Below are positions 9,677 to 19,064 of a stretch of DNA of 58,519 bases, piece after piece. Source of the stretch: Pseudomonadota bacterium (lineage in GTDB: Bacteria; Pseudomonadota; Alphaproteobacteria; SHVP01). The notes beneath the pieces were generated by a model that did no database searches, was not told the DNA's origin, and worked only from the letters and a program-made list of their open reading frames with translations. A program made the position numbers and the translations under genes. Numbering within the stretch: position 1 is the stretch's first letter; each line of letters opens with the position of its first letter. The stretch is taken from positions 1 through 58,519 of the forward strand of contig JADFIH010000002.1 in NCBI GenBank assembly GCA_022566715.1, read 5' to 3'.

Positions 9677-10843
9677 GTGAGGAGCCAATCGAGCCAGCAT
9701 CCGATGTTTCCGGATGCGACCCACGACGAGCAATCGCGGCAGGATTTCGTGCGTGCCATGCGCTTGCATCTCATGGGGGACATGCGGCGCACCAACACCT
9801 ACCTTTACAAACACAAGCTGCGCCCCGCTTTTCAGCAGGTCAAAGCGCGCCCGCCGCGCTCACGGACCGAAGTGCGCACGCTCATGGGGAAAGACCCCTT
9901 CACGAAAATGTGGAGTTCGCTCGTCCGCACCAATCAGGAGATGCTCTACGATACCGTGGGTCCCAGCATCGAACGGCAACACCCCAATCTTGTCGCCAAG
10001 GCGAAGCGGTTTTGCGGCCGGGGCGGCGGGACGTTGCGCCTGAACCCCGATCTCGAAGTACCGGCCTATCTGCGCGCTGTGGACATCCACTGCAAACCGG
10101 GCGGGTATCACACGGAACGCTGCGAAAACGACCTTTTCGCGGGCGCCGAGTACGACCGGACGGTGAACGTCTACCTGCTGGGTAACCTCGGCCCGCAGAA
10201 CGACGACATTGCGCTGTCCATCATCCGCTGGCTGCGCTGCAACCGCCCGGAGTTCAAGCCCAGGGCCATCCTCGACATGGGCTGCACGGTCGGCCACAGC
10301 ACGATTCCCTACGGCCGCGCCTGGCCGCGCGCGGACCTGCGCGCCATCGACGTTGCCGGACCCTGTCTGCGCTATGCCCATGCCCGCGCCGAAGGGATGC
10401 GGCGCAAGGTCCATTTCAGCCAGCAGAATGCCGAGTCCACGGATTTTCCCGACGCGTCCTTCGACCTCGTGGTGTCGCATCTGGTGCTACACGAGACGTC
10501 GAATCGGGCGGTTCGCAATATCTTCCGCGAGTGCCGCCGGCTCCTGCGTCCGGGCGGTTACATGCTCCATGCCGATGGCGTGGCGCATCAGGAAGACCCT
10601 TTCGACAAGTACATGGCGGAATGGTCGGCGCACTACAACAACGAGCCGTTTCTGGGCACCCTGCAGGATATGAATCTGTCGCAGGTGGCGCGCGAGGCGG
10701 GATTTGCGCCCGAGCGCATCTACGAGATGCGCATCCCCAGCGTCCACATGCCGAGGCCCCATTCGCTCATGGAAAAGACCAATGGCCGCGGCCGCCCGTC
10801 GGACGACCGCCCGCTGTGGTACGTGATCGGCGCGCGGAAATAG
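9677..10843 (+). CDS. class I SAM-dependent methyltransferase with ~170-aa N-terminal extension (paralog 1)
   Basis: Motif I ILDMGCTVGHST and post-I/II region DLVVSHLVLHE...LLRPGGYM. The start is set at GTG 9677, 5 nt after GGGAGG. ATG 9704 and the track start 9593 are alternatives. Confidence 0.75.
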   Translation: MRSQSSQHPMFPDATHDEQSRQDFVRAMRLHLMGDMRRTNTYLYKHKLRPAFQQVKARPPRSRTEVRTLMGKDPFTKMWSSLVRTNQEMLYDTVGPSIERQHPNLVAKAKRFCGRGGGTLRLNPDLEVPAYLRAVDIHCKPGGYHTERCENDLFAGAEYDRTVNVYLLGNLGPQNDDIALSIIRWLRCNRPEFKPRAILDMGCTVGHSTIPYGRAWPRADLRAIDVAGPCLRYAHARAEGMRRKVHFSQQNAESTDFPDASFDLVVSHLVLHETSNRAVRNIFRECRRLLRPGGYMLHADGVAHQEDPFDKYMAEWSAHYNNEPFLGTLQDMNLSQVAREAGFAPERIYEMRIPSVHMPRPHSLMEKTNGRGRPSDDRPLWYVIGARK

Positions 10844-10860
10844 CTATCCCGCGCTATTTC
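10837..10860. terminator. perfect 8-bp inverted repeat spanning both stop codons of the convergent methyltransferase genes (possible bidirectional terminator)
   Basis: The sequence is gaaatagc-tatcccgc-gctatttc. Both genes end in AAA TAG inside the stem. There is no T-run, so the terminator function is inferred only. Confidence 0.35.
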
Positions 10861-11981
10861 TCGAACATGTAGATGGGCCAGAAGGCGAAGGGCGGCCTGC
10901 CGTCTTCTCCGTCCAAGGTCCCCGGCTGGGTCTGTTGCAGCTTGTCGAAGGGCACGATCTCGGCTTTCGAGAAACCGATCTCCCTCGCCACATCCAGGTA
11001 GGGATATTCGAACGACGCGGCCGCGAAGGGCTCGTTGTTGGCCCACATGCTCGTCAGCAGCATGGCGTTCTGGAAGGGATGGTCCTTCTGGGGCAGGAAC
11101 TCGATCCCGGCATAGAGGCCGCCCGGCTTGAGCACGCGGTAAACCTCCTCGAGGGCCGGGCGCGTCGGTTTCGGCGGGATCTCATGCAACATGAAGCAGA
11201 ACATGACGAGATCGAAGTGGTTGTCGGGATAGTCGAGCGCGCCGATTTCCTGCTGCGACAGGTGCAGGGTGACCCCTTGTTCCCGCGCGCGCTTGTTCGC
11301 GAGCTTCAGGCAGGGCGCCGAAATGTCGATGCCGTGGGCCTCGCACTCGGGATGGGTCTCGAGCCAGCTCAGGAGCATGCCGCCGTGGCCCGCGCCCCAG
11401 TCAAGCACGCGCTCGTAAGTCCGGTCCTGCGGCAGATAGCTGAACATCAGCCGGTAGAGGTCGTTCGAATCCATGTGCAAGGGCAGGGTGGTGCGCCGCC
11501 CCAACTCATAGATGACCCCGTCGAGGTCGTCGCTCCAGACGCCCCCCGGATGCTGGTGGAAATCGACCAGCCGGTAGTAGTCGGGGTAGGCGATATCCGG
11601 ATCCAGGCGCAGCGTGCCGGCCTTTTGCGACGCCTCCGCCGCGGCGTTCAGTTCGGCTTCGAGGGTCTCGCGCTCGGTCTCCACCTTGGGGACGAGCCCC
11701 CAGTCGGCGTAGCGGTATTTGAAGCGCTGCAGGTGCCGGTACATCCAGCCGTAGAGCTGGTAGGACGGCATGCCGTCGAGTACGTCCAGGGCCTCGTCGG
11801 CGTTACTTGGCGCGCCGTTTGCCGGGGCGTGGTTCGCGTCCACTGCGTGGTTGTAGGCGCGGTACGCCGATTCATAGACCGGCCCCTCCATGTAGGAGCG
11901 GCTGGCCCGCATGAAGGCGTGGAAGGCCCGGAACGACCGGTCCTCGGTGACGTGGGTGGTGTTCGGCTGGTTCGATGTCAT
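10854..11981 (-). CDS. class I SAM-dependent methyltransferase with ~170-aa N-terminal extension (paralog 2)
   Basis: Motif I VLDWGAGHGGML, then DLVMFCFMLHE...VLKPGGLY. It shares LRL(N/D)PD..(P)Y.R.VD.H..PGG and NNEPF segments with paralog 1. The start is set at ATG 11981 (MTSNQPNTTH). Confidence 0.75.
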   Translation of the reverse strand: MTSNQPNTTHVTEDRSFRAFHAFMRASRSYMEGPVYESAYRAYNHAVDANHAPANGAPSNADEALDVLDGMPSYQLYGWMYRHLQRFKYRYADWGLVPKVETERETLEAELNAAAEASQKAGTLRLDPDIAYPDYYRLVDFHQHPGGVWSDDLDGVIYELGRRTTLPLHMDSNDLYRLMFSYLPQDRTYERVLDWGAGHGGMLLSWLETHPECEAHGIDISAPCLKLANKRAREQGVTLHLSQQEIGALDYPDNHFDLVMFCFMLHEIPPKPTRPALEEVYRVLKPGGLYAGIEFLPQKDHPFQNAMLLTSMWANNEPFAAASFEYPYLDVAREIGFSKAEIVPFDKLQQTQPGTLDGEDGRPPFAFWPIYMFEK

Positions 11982-12175
11982 GGGCCCCAGGATGGCTGTG
12001 TGCCGGGTGCCGGTCAAGCCCCGGAGGGTGGCGCACATTCGGTCAAGCGCCGGAGGGCGGCGCACATTCGAATGGTGGCGAAGGGCGTCCTCGCCAAATT
12101 ATGATCGGCCGCGAGCGCCGCCCCTAGCGCGCGCGTGCTAGCGTGCCCACCCAGTCGTTCGGAGTTTGCTCGTTT

Positions 12176-12380
12176 AGGGGCATGTTTCGAGACGCGCTAC
12201 GCCTTCGCTTAGCTTACGCGGCGCCACCGGCGCCACGGTCCAAGCTCAGCCTCAGCATGAGGATTCGATTTTGGCGTTCCAGAACATCCTCATCATGGGG
12301 GCGCCCGCCCTTCGACTCAGGGGCCTCGTCCTGAGGAAGGCCCACGGCTCAGGATGAGGGGGCGGTCTCGAAGGATGCGG
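12176..12380. repeat. ~200-bp MITE/REP-like intergenic element with terminal inverted repeats and nested hairpins
   Basis: The ends catgtttcgagacgcg / ggcggtctcgaaggatg are inverted. Internal hairpins are gcatgaggat...atcctcatcatg and cctcgtcctgagg...ctcaggatgagg. It resembles the '...cctcatcctgagg...gtctcgaagg' repeats that I recall as common in alphaproteobacterial intergenic regions. Confidence 0.5.
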
Positions 12381-12400
12381 CGAATGATGAAGACCGCGAC

Positions 12401-13507
12401 ATGAAGTTCTCTGCCGTCCTTGCCGCGTTCGCGTCGGTTTTCGCGGTGGGGCCCGCCCTCGCGGCCGGTCCCGCCGAGTGGCCCATGTTCCGCCTCGCGC
12501 CCGGGCACGCGGGCGCCGCCGGCGAGAAGGGGCTGACGGCCTCGCCGACGTTGCGCTGGCGCTTCGATACGGGCGGCATCGTCGAATCGTCGCCCGCCGT
12601 CGTCGATGGCGTGCTCTATCAGGGCACGTTCAACCGCGCCCTATTCGCGCTCGACGCGGATACCGGCCGCGAACTCTGGCGCTTCCCGGTCGGTGGGCTG
12701 TTGCGGGCCTCGCCGGCGGTGGTGGACGGCTTGGTCTATTTCGGCGCCGACGACAACCGTTTCTACGCGGTGGACGTCAAGACGGGCGGGCAACGCTGGT
12801 CCTTCGCGCTCGGCGGCGGCGGCGAGCAATCCTCGCCCGCGGTCGTCGGCGGCGTGGTCTACTTCGGCGGCTTCGACCGCAAGGTCTACGCCCTCGATGC
12901 GAAAACCGGCGCCGAATTGTGGGCCGTCGAGACGGGCGGGGGCATTTTATCCTCGCCGGCGGTGGCGGACGGAACCGTGTATATCGGTTCGATCGACGGG
13001 CGCATCTACGCGCTCGACGCGGGTACGGGCGAGGTACGCTGGCGCTTCCGCACGGGCGCGCCGGTGTTCTCCTCCCCCGCCGTCGTGGGCGGCGTTGTCT
13101 ACGTGGGCTCCGACGATGGGTTCCTGTACGCGCTTGACGCGGGCACGGGCGGGGTGCGCTGGCGCTTCCGCGCGGGCCGCGAGGTATTCTCCTCTCCCGC
13201 GGTGGTGAACGGCGTGGTGTACGTCGGGGCCAACACGGGCCTCCTTTATGCCCTGAGCGCGGAAAACGGCGCTTTGATCTGGCGCGCCGACCTGCGAGGC
13301 GCGATCCTGTCCTCGCCCGCCGTTCTCGGCGATCTGGTTTACGTGGGTTCGAGCGATGGCCGGCTCTACGCGGTGCGTGGGCGCGATGGCGAAATCGCCT
13401 GGTCGTTCCGGGCCGGCGGCCGGGTCTGGACCTCGCCCGCGGTGATCGACGGGCGCGTCTATTTCGGCGCCCACGACGGGGTCATCTACGCAATAGAAGG
13501 CGAATAA
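12401..13507 (+). CDS. secreted PQQ-like (BamB/YVTN-type) 8-bladed beta-propeller repeat protein
   Basis: Signal peptide MKFSAVLAAFASVFAVGPALAA. There are eight repeats of SSPAVV.G.VY.G..D...YALDA.TG...W. Confidence 0.85.
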   Translation: MKFSAVLAAFASVFAVGPALAAGPAEWPMFRLAPGHAGAAGEKGLTASPTLRWRFDTGGIVESSPAVVDGVLYQGTFNRALFALDADTGRELWRFPVGGLLRASPAVVDGLVYFGADDNRFYAVDVKTGGQRWSFALGGGGEQSSPAVVGGVVYFGGFDRKVYALDAKTGAELWAVETGGGILSSPAVADGTVYIGSIDGRIYALDAGTGEVRWRFRTGAPVFSSPAVVGGVVYVGSDDGFLYALDAGTGGVRWRFRAGREVFSSPAVVNGVVYVGANTGLLYALSAENGALIWRADLRGAILSSPAVLGDLVYVGSSDGRLYAVRGRDGEIAWSFRAGGRVWTSPAVIDGRVYFGAHDGVIYAIEGE

Positions 13508-13530
13508 CGCATCGCCCTTTCGGCGCCCGG

Positions 13531-13902
13531 CTACGCCTCTTCGGCCATGCCGCGGACCTTGCGGCCGATGTGACTGACCGGCACGTCGGAGCGGTGGAGT
13601 TCGCTGAAAACGCGGGCGGCGAAGGCACTGGCGTCGGCGGCGTTTGCTGTGGCGGCTTCCGAGTCTTCTTCGTGGTCTTCAACGGCGCCCCCGGCGATGG
13701 CGCCCGCCTTTTCCAACGCCGCCTCGAGTGTGCGCAGCCGGTCGCGCATGACATAGACCTCGCCGCACAGGGCGACGAAAGCGCCGACCATTCGGTCCAT
13801 GTCCACATCGTGCAGGAAGGTGGGCTCTTGTGATGAAATGGGGCCCTTCAACGCGGACTTGAACCTGGTTTGAGCGGTCTTAGGTTGAGCCGTTCGGGGC
13901 AT
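13531..13902 (-). CDS. hypothetical protein (123 aa)
   Basis: ATG 13902 is preceded by GGAGGTG with 5-nt spacing. The product is MPRTAQPKTAQTRFKS...VMRDRLRTLEAALEKAG... with an acidic C-terminal half. I recognise no family. Confidence 0.5.
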   Translation of the reverse strand: MPRTAQPKTAQTRFKSALKGPISSQEPTFLHDVDMDRMVGAFVALCGEVYVMRDRLRTLEAALEKAGAIAGGAVEDHEEDSEAATANAADASAFAARVFSELHRSDVPVSHIGRKVRGMAEEA

Positions 13903-14098
13903 ATGCACCTCCACTACGCGGGACCCGTGGTTGGGCCCTCGGTTGGACCCGGTTAATTCCGCGCGCATCCTACACCGTCTCAATGGAATTGGACCTGGGT
14001 GAATTGGGCCCGCGTAAATTTTGATGGCGCTCTTGAAATTCCCGGCGGCATGATCCAGGAAGGTGGCCGATGATGGCGGACCGTGGGGAGGATCGCGC

Positions 14099-14866
14099 GT
14101 GAGTACCTTGTTCGACATTGCCGGGCGCTGCGCCCTAGTCACCGGCGCCTCCAGCGGCCTCGGCCGTCACTTTGCCAAAACTCTCGCGATGCGGGGCGCC
14201 AAGGTCGCGGTGGCCGCGCGGCGGCTCGACCGTCTCGACGCGCTTGTCGCCGAAATCAGCGCGTCGGGTGGAGCCGCCGCAGCGGTTTTGTGCGACGTGA
14301 CCGACGGCGCATCGGTTCGCGCGGCAATCGACACGGCGGAGGAGGCCCTCGGCCCGATCGACATCCTGGTGAACAACGCCGGCATCACGGTCGCGAAACC
14401 ATTGCTCGAGCAAGACGAAGACGACTGGCGGCGGGTTATCGACACGAACCTCAATGGCGCCTGGCGGGTGGCGCAGGCGGTGGCCCGCCGCATGACGGAG
14501 CGCGGTTCGGGGGGCAGTATCGTGAACATTGCGTCCATCGCCGGGCTCGGCACGATGGCGAGTATCCCAGCCTACGTTGCCTCCAAAGCGGGTCTCATCC
14601 AACTCACCAAAGCCATGGCGGCGGAATTAGCGCCCAACGGCGTACGCGTCAACGCCATCGCCCCGGGGTTTTTTCCGAGCGAATTGAGCGAAGACTACCT
14701 CGCGACGGAGCGGGGTCGGGCCACAATCGCCCGTATCCCCATGAGCCGCGTTGGCGAGCTCGGGGAACTCGACGGGCCGCTGCTTCTGCTGGTATCCGGC
14801 GCCGGAAGCTTCATGACGGGCGCCGTACTGGTCGTCGATGGCGGCGCCTTGGTCGGTCACCTTTAA
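14099..14866 (+). CDS. short-chain dehydrogenase/reductase (SDR) family oxidoreductase
   Basis: Motifs TGASSGLG (TGxxxGxG), NNAG and YVASK (YxxxK). GTG 14099 lies 6 nt after GGGGAGGA. Confidence 0.85.
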   Translation: MSTLFDIAGRCALVTGASSGLGRHFAKTLAMRGAKVAVAARRLDRLDALVAEISASGGAAAAVLCDVTDGASVRAAIDTAEEALGPIDILVNNAGITVAKPLLEQDEDDWRRVIDTNLNGAWRVAQAVARRMTERGSGGSIVNIASIAGLGTMASIPAYVASKAGLIQLTKAMAAELAPNGVRVNAIAPGFFPSELSEDYLATERGRATIARIPMSRVGELGELDGPLLLLVSGAGSFMTGAVLVVDGGALVGHL

Positions 14867-14871
14867 TACCC

Positions 14872-15624
14872 ATGAATATTTTCATCGTATACGCGCATCC
14901 CGAGCCCCAGTCCTTCAACGCTGCGATGAAGGATACGGCGGCCGAGGTTCTGACGAAGGCGGGGCAAAAAGTCCGCGTGTCCGATCTTGTTGCGATGGAG
15001 TTCAAGGCGGTATCGGACGCAAACGATTTTCCGCGCCGCGCCGACCCGGAGCGGCTGGTGTTTTCCGTGGAGCAGCGGGCGGCGTTTGAAAGCGGCTTGA
15101 CGTCGCCCGACATCGCCGAGGAGCATGAAAAGATCATTTGGGCCGACCACATCATCTTTCAGTTTCCCATGTGGTATTACGGCCTGCCCGCCATCCTGAA
15201 GGGTTGGTTCGACCGCGTGTTAAGCGAAGGGTTCGCCCATGCGCCGCCGCGCTGGTTCGATGACGGCCCCATGGCGGGCAAACGGGCGATGCTGTCGCTC
15301 ACAACCAACGGAAAACCCTCGGGCTATGCCGCGGATGGCCGCCACGGCGCCATGGAGGTGCTGGTGTGGCCCATTCACAATGCGCTCCGCTTTTGCGGCT
15401 TCGACGTGCTGCCGCCTTTCGTCGCCTACGATGTCGTGCGCGGTGATGGAGAGCGGAGGCGGGCGATCCTTTCAGCCTATGCGGACCGCCTGCGGGGCCT
15501 GGCAGGCGATAAGCCCCTCGTCTTTCACGGCCTCGATGACTACGACCGTGACGGCCGGCTGAAAGCGGGCGTCGAGCCCCGGACTGCGGCCCAGCGCATG
15601 CGCCTGGACAAGGACGGGCGTTAA
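14872..15624 (+). CDS. NAD(P)H dehydrogenase (quinone)/flavodoxin-like fold (NQO1/Flavodoxin_2-like) protein
   Basis: MNIFIVYAHPEPQSFNAAM...IIFQFPMWYYGLPAILKGWFDRV is characteristic of the Flavodoxin_2 family. It starts 5 nt after the SDR stop. Confidence 0.8.
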   Translation: MNIFIVYAHPEPQSFNAAMKDTAAEVLTKAGQKVRVSDLVAMEFKAVSDANDFPRRADPERLVFSVEQRAAFESGLTSPDIAEEHEKIIWADHIIFQFPMWYYGLPAILKGWFDRVLSEGFAHAPPRWFDDGPMAGKRAMLSLTTNGKPSGYAADGRHGAMEVLVWPIHNALRFCGFDVLPPFVAYDVVRGDGERRRAILSAYADRLRGLAGDKPLVFHGLDDYDRDGRLKAGVEPRTAAQRMRLDKDGR

Positions 15625-15710
15625 CCATGCCACGGACTCGTGCGAAAAAAAATGTGCCTCCGGGGCGTGTTTTCGTTAGATTGGCGGCACTCAATAGGGA
15701 GGAAACGAGT

Positions 15711-16751
15711 ATGACCCATTCGACAAAATCCAGCGGACTATCGCGCCGCAAGTTTCTCAAGGGGACGGCCGGGGCCGCGGGCGCGGCGGCCGTTGTCTCG
15801 ACCTTCGGTATCGGCACGGCGCGCGCGCAACTCAAGCAGATCAGCTTCATCACGCCCTTTGGCTATCTCATCGGCTTCGCGCCGATCCTGAATGCGAAGG
15901 CCGGCGGGCATTTCGAGAATGCCGGGCTCGACGTCACCGTGCTACCCGGCAAGGGCTCCTCGATGGCGATCCAGCAGACCGTCGCGGACCGCGCCCAGTT
16001 TGTCCGGATCAGCGGTATCGACGTCGTCAAGGCGCGCGACAAGGGCGCGTCCCTGGTCGCTGTCGCCACGATCGCCCAGTCCTCGCCGTTCTTCGTTGTC
16101 AGCCCGAGTTCGGCGGCCGTGCGGAAGCCCGAGGATTTCGTCGGCAAGACGATCGGCGTCGTTTCCGTCGGCGGCGGCACGGAGAACCTGCTCGACGTGA
16201 TGTTGGCCGACGTTGGCATCGAGTCCAGCAACGTGCGGCGCGAGGTCGTCGGCAACGGCGCGGGCGCCTATGGCCTGATCAAAGCGGGCAAGATCGACGC
16301 CTATATCGTCAGCCTTGGCACGACCGTGCGGCTGCGTGCCGCCGGCGAGGACATACTCGCTTGGAACACGGACGACGCGGTCAAGATGCCGGGCCAGGTC
16401 TACGGCACCATGCAGGAGACCATCGACGGCGATCCCGAAACGGTGACCCAGTTCTTGGTCGCCGTGAATGCCTCGGTGAAAGAACTGTTTTCGAATAGGG
16501 ACACGGCGTTTCTGCTCGACCGGATGCTCGGCGAGTTCGACATCCTTGGTTCGAAGGACAAGGAATTCACGAAGAAAGCGATGCGTGAGGAAGAGGCGCT
16601 CTTCCTCAGCGAGGGCGCAAACAACGTGCTTCGGAACATTCCCGCTCGCTGGCAGTCGATCACGGACGGTCTCGTCAAGGCCGGGATCGTTCGGCCCGTG
16701 GACGCCGAATCGAACTACACCAACGCGTTCATCGATAAAGTCCTCTCCTAG
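15711..16751 (+). CDS. ABC transporter substrate-binding protein (NMT1/THI5-like, NitT/TauT family), Tat signal
   Basis: Twin-arginine signal SRRKFLKGTAGAAGAAAVV. ATG 15711 follows GGGAGG. It is followed by a matching ATPase and permease. Confidence 0.85.
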   Translation: MTHSTKSSGLSRRKFLKGTAGAAGAAAVVSTFGIGTARAQLKQISFITPFGYLIGFAPILNAKAGGHFENAGLDVTVLPGKGSSMAIQQTVADRAQFVRISGIDVVKARDKGASLVAVATIAQSSPFFVVSPSSAAVRKPEDFVGKTIGVVSVGGGTENLLDVMLADVGIESSNVRREVVGNGAGAYGLIKAGKIDAYIVSLGTTVRLRAAGEDILAWNTDDAVKMPGQVYGTMQETIDGDPETVTQFLVAVNASVKELFSNRDTAFLLDRMLGEFDILGSKDKEFTKKAMREEEALFLSEGANNVLRNIPARWQSITDGLVKAGIVRPVDAESNYTNAFIDKVLS

Positions 16752-16760
16752 CCGCGCCGG

Positions 16761-17381
16761 ATGGAGTATGACGGCAGCCGGGCGGCGCTGCTGGCGATCG
16801 ATCTTCAGCGGGCGTTTTGTTCGCCCGAGGGGTCGGTCGCGCGGCAGGGCCGCGATGTTTCCTCGTGCCGGGCGGCGATGGAGAGGTGTATCGATCTCGC
16901 TGACGCCGCCCGCCGCGTGGGCGTGCCCGTCATTTGGACCCGCATCGTCCTGCGGCCGGATTACACCGACGGCGGCGTCTTCGTTCACGAGTTGCGGCCG
17001 GGCCTCAAGGAGGCCGGCGGACTCCAGGCGGGGACGGACGACGTCGAGCTCATGCCCGAGGTGCAGGTGCATAAGGAGGACCATGTCGTCGATAAGCGCC
17101 GTTATTCCGCGTTCCATGGAACCGGGCTCGAGGACATCCTGCGGGCGCGGCGAATCGAATGCCTCATGGTTGGCGGGGTGACAACGTCCATGTGCGTCGA
17201 ATCGACGGTCCGCGACGCGGGGCAGCGCGACTACAAAACCTTCGTCGTCCGCGACGCCTGCGCCGACTTCTCCGACAGCCGCCATGGGGCTTCGTTCGAA
17301 GCGATCGCTTTCGGGTTCGGGCGCGTGATCTCGCATAACGAAGCGCTTTCCGCGTTGGCGGCGGGGAAGGCGGACTTGTGA
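16761..17381 (+). CDS. cysteine hydrolase / isochorismatase-family amidohydrolase
   Basis: The D-K-C triad context is present: LLAIDLQRAF, VVDKRRYSAF, GGVTTSMCVEST. 206 aa. It sits between the SBP and ATPase genes. Confidence 0.8.
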   Translation: MEYDGSRAALLAIDLQRAFCSPEGSVARQGRDVSSCRAAMERCIDLADAARRVGVPVIWTRIVLRPDYTDGGVFVHELRPGLKEAGGLQAGTDDVELMPEVQVHKEDHVVDKRRYSAFHGTGLEDILRARRIECLMVGGVTTSMCVESTVRDAGQRDYKTFVVRDACADFSDSRHGASFEAIAFGFGRVISHNEALSALAAGKADL

Positions 17382-18232
17382 CGACAATGTCGGGCGCCCA
17401 CCCGCCCTCGGTCCCAACCTCTGCCAAGGTACGGACGCCTGGAGCCTCCACCGGCAACGAGATCGAACTCGTCGGCGTCGAGAAGCGATTCGAAATCACC
17501 GAGGGCAGCGTTCACGCGGTGGCGCGGACCGATCTCGCGGTCGGACAGCGCGAGTTCATTGTGCTGTTGGGCCCGTCCGGCTGCGGCAAGACGACCATCC
17601 TGCGGATGATGTCGGGTCTCCTTCAGCCCAGCGCCGGGATGGTCAAGGTGGGCGGGCGCGATCTTTGGCGCGGCGCCCAGCGCGACCAGGTGGCGCTGCA
17701 AAATCTTGGCATCGTCTTTCAGGAGGCCAATCTTTTTCCCTGGCTGTCGATCGAAAAGAACATTGCCCTGCCGCTGAAGCTGCGCCGCGTGGACAAGGCC
17801 CAGCGCCTCGCGAAGGCGCACGAGCTATGCAAACTCGTGGGCATCACCGGCTTTGAAAAACGTTGGCCGCGGGAACTCTCGGGCGGGATGCGTCAGCGCG
17901 CCGCCATTGCGCGGGCGCTCAGTTACGACCCGCAAATCCTGCTCATGGACGAGCCCTTTGGCGCGTTGGACGCCATGACGCGCGACCAGATGAACCTGGA
18001 GATCCAGCGCATCTGGATGAGCAGCGGCTGCACGATCGTGTTCGTCACCCACTCGATCCCGGAGGCCGTTTTCCTCGCCGACCGAATTATACTACTGTCG
18101 CCGCGCCCCGGTCGGATTCACAGCATTACCGAGATTTCATTCGAGCAGCCGCGCGACATGGCGATCCAAACATCACCCGAATTTCAAGACATCGTGCGCT
18201 CTCTGCGGCGGGAGTTGGAGGCGATGGGATGA
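17378..18232 (+). CDS. ABC transporter ATP-binding protein (NitT/TauT family)
   Basis: Walker A GPSGCGKTT, signature LSGGMRQRAAIARAL, Walker B ILLMDEPFGALD. The start overlaps the upstream stop (GTGA). Confidence 0.9.
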   Translation: MTTMSGAHPPSVPTSAKVRTPGASTGNEIELVGVEKRFEITEGSVHAVARTDLAVGQREFIVLLGPSGCGKTTILRMMSGLLQPSAGMVKVGGRDLWRGAQRDQVALQNLGIVFQEANLFPWLSIEKNIALPLKLRRVDKAQRLAKAHELCKLVGITGFEKRWPRELSGGMRQRAAIARALSYDPQILLMDEPFGALDAMTRDQMNLEIQRIWMSSGCTIVFVTHSIPEAVFLADRIILLSPRPGRIHSITEISFEQPRDMAIQTSPEFQDIVRSLRRELEAMG

Positions 18233-19029
18233 AACATTTCGTTCGCCGCCACCTCGCTTGGTTCACGACCCCCGGACTCGTCATCGTATTTGGCATCGTC
18301 TGGCATCTCTACATCGTCATATTCGACGTGAGCGGCTTCATCCTGCCCAAGCCCCTGGACGTGGTGGTCAGTTATTTCGAGTTGCTCGGCGATTCGCGGC
18401 TGTGGGAGGCCACGGGCGTGACCGTTTTCGAAACCCTTGTCGGGTTTTTCTTTGCCGCGGTTATCGGCATCGGCGGCGGAGCGATCCTCGGCAAGGTCGC
18501 CTGGCTCGAGGAGACGGCGCGGCCATTCGTCATTGCAACCCAGGTGGTGCCCAAGGTCGCGCTAATTTCCCTGTTTGTCCTGTGGTTCGGATTTGGCTCG
18601 TTTCCGAAGGTTCTTATCGCAACGATCTTGGCGTTCTTCCCGATCCTGACGAACACGCTGTTGGGGGTGAAGTCCGTTGACCTCGGTCATAAGGATGTCA
18701 TGACCAGCCTGAATGCGGGCCGGTGGGAAACCTTTAAGACGCTGGAATTTCCGAGCGCCCTTCCGGCCATTATCGCAGGGTTGGAGGTCGGCATCGTGCT
18801 CGCTTACATCGGCGCCATCGTGGGCGAATTCCTGGCCGGTCAAGCTGGTCTCGGCTTCCTGACCATCGACTATCAAAACGCCTTCGACGTGAGCGGTTTG
18901 TTCGGCGTGATCGTCCAGCTCACGCTGGTCGGTTTCATCATGTACCTGGCGATCGTCGGGCTGCGGCGGATACTCATTCCCTGGCACGAATCGGTGATCG
19001 TCGAAAAACTTCGGCAACCCGTGGGTTGA
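18229..19029 (+). CDS. ABC transporter permease (NitT/TauT family)
   Basis: ATG 18229 overlaps the ATPase stop (ATGA). It has six hydrophobic segments and an EAA-like loop LNAGRWETFKTLEFPSALPAIIAGL. Confidence 0.85.
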   Translation: MKHFVRRHLAWFTTPGLVIVFGIVWHLYIVIFDVSGFILPKPLDVVVSYFELLGDSRLWEATGVTVFETLVGFFFAAVIGIGGGAILGKVAWLEETARPFVIATQVVPKVALISLFVLWFGFGSFPKVLIATILAFFPILTNTLLGVKSVDLGHKDVMTSLNAGRWETFKTLEFPSALPAIIAGLEVGIVLAYIGAIVGEFLAGQAGLGFLTIDYQNAFDVSGLFGVIVQLTLVGFIMYLAIVGLRRILIPWHESVIVEKLRQPVG

Positions 19030-19064
19030 GCTCGCCGCGCGCCCGCTTTGCCTAGCCGCGACCG

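Noticed and set aside
12143-12579. Small ORFs (63-76 aa) inside the MITE-like element and the 5' end of the propeller gene.
   Set aside because: They are encoded by repeat/hairpin sequence or overlap a well-supported gene. They have no SD and no recognisable protein features.
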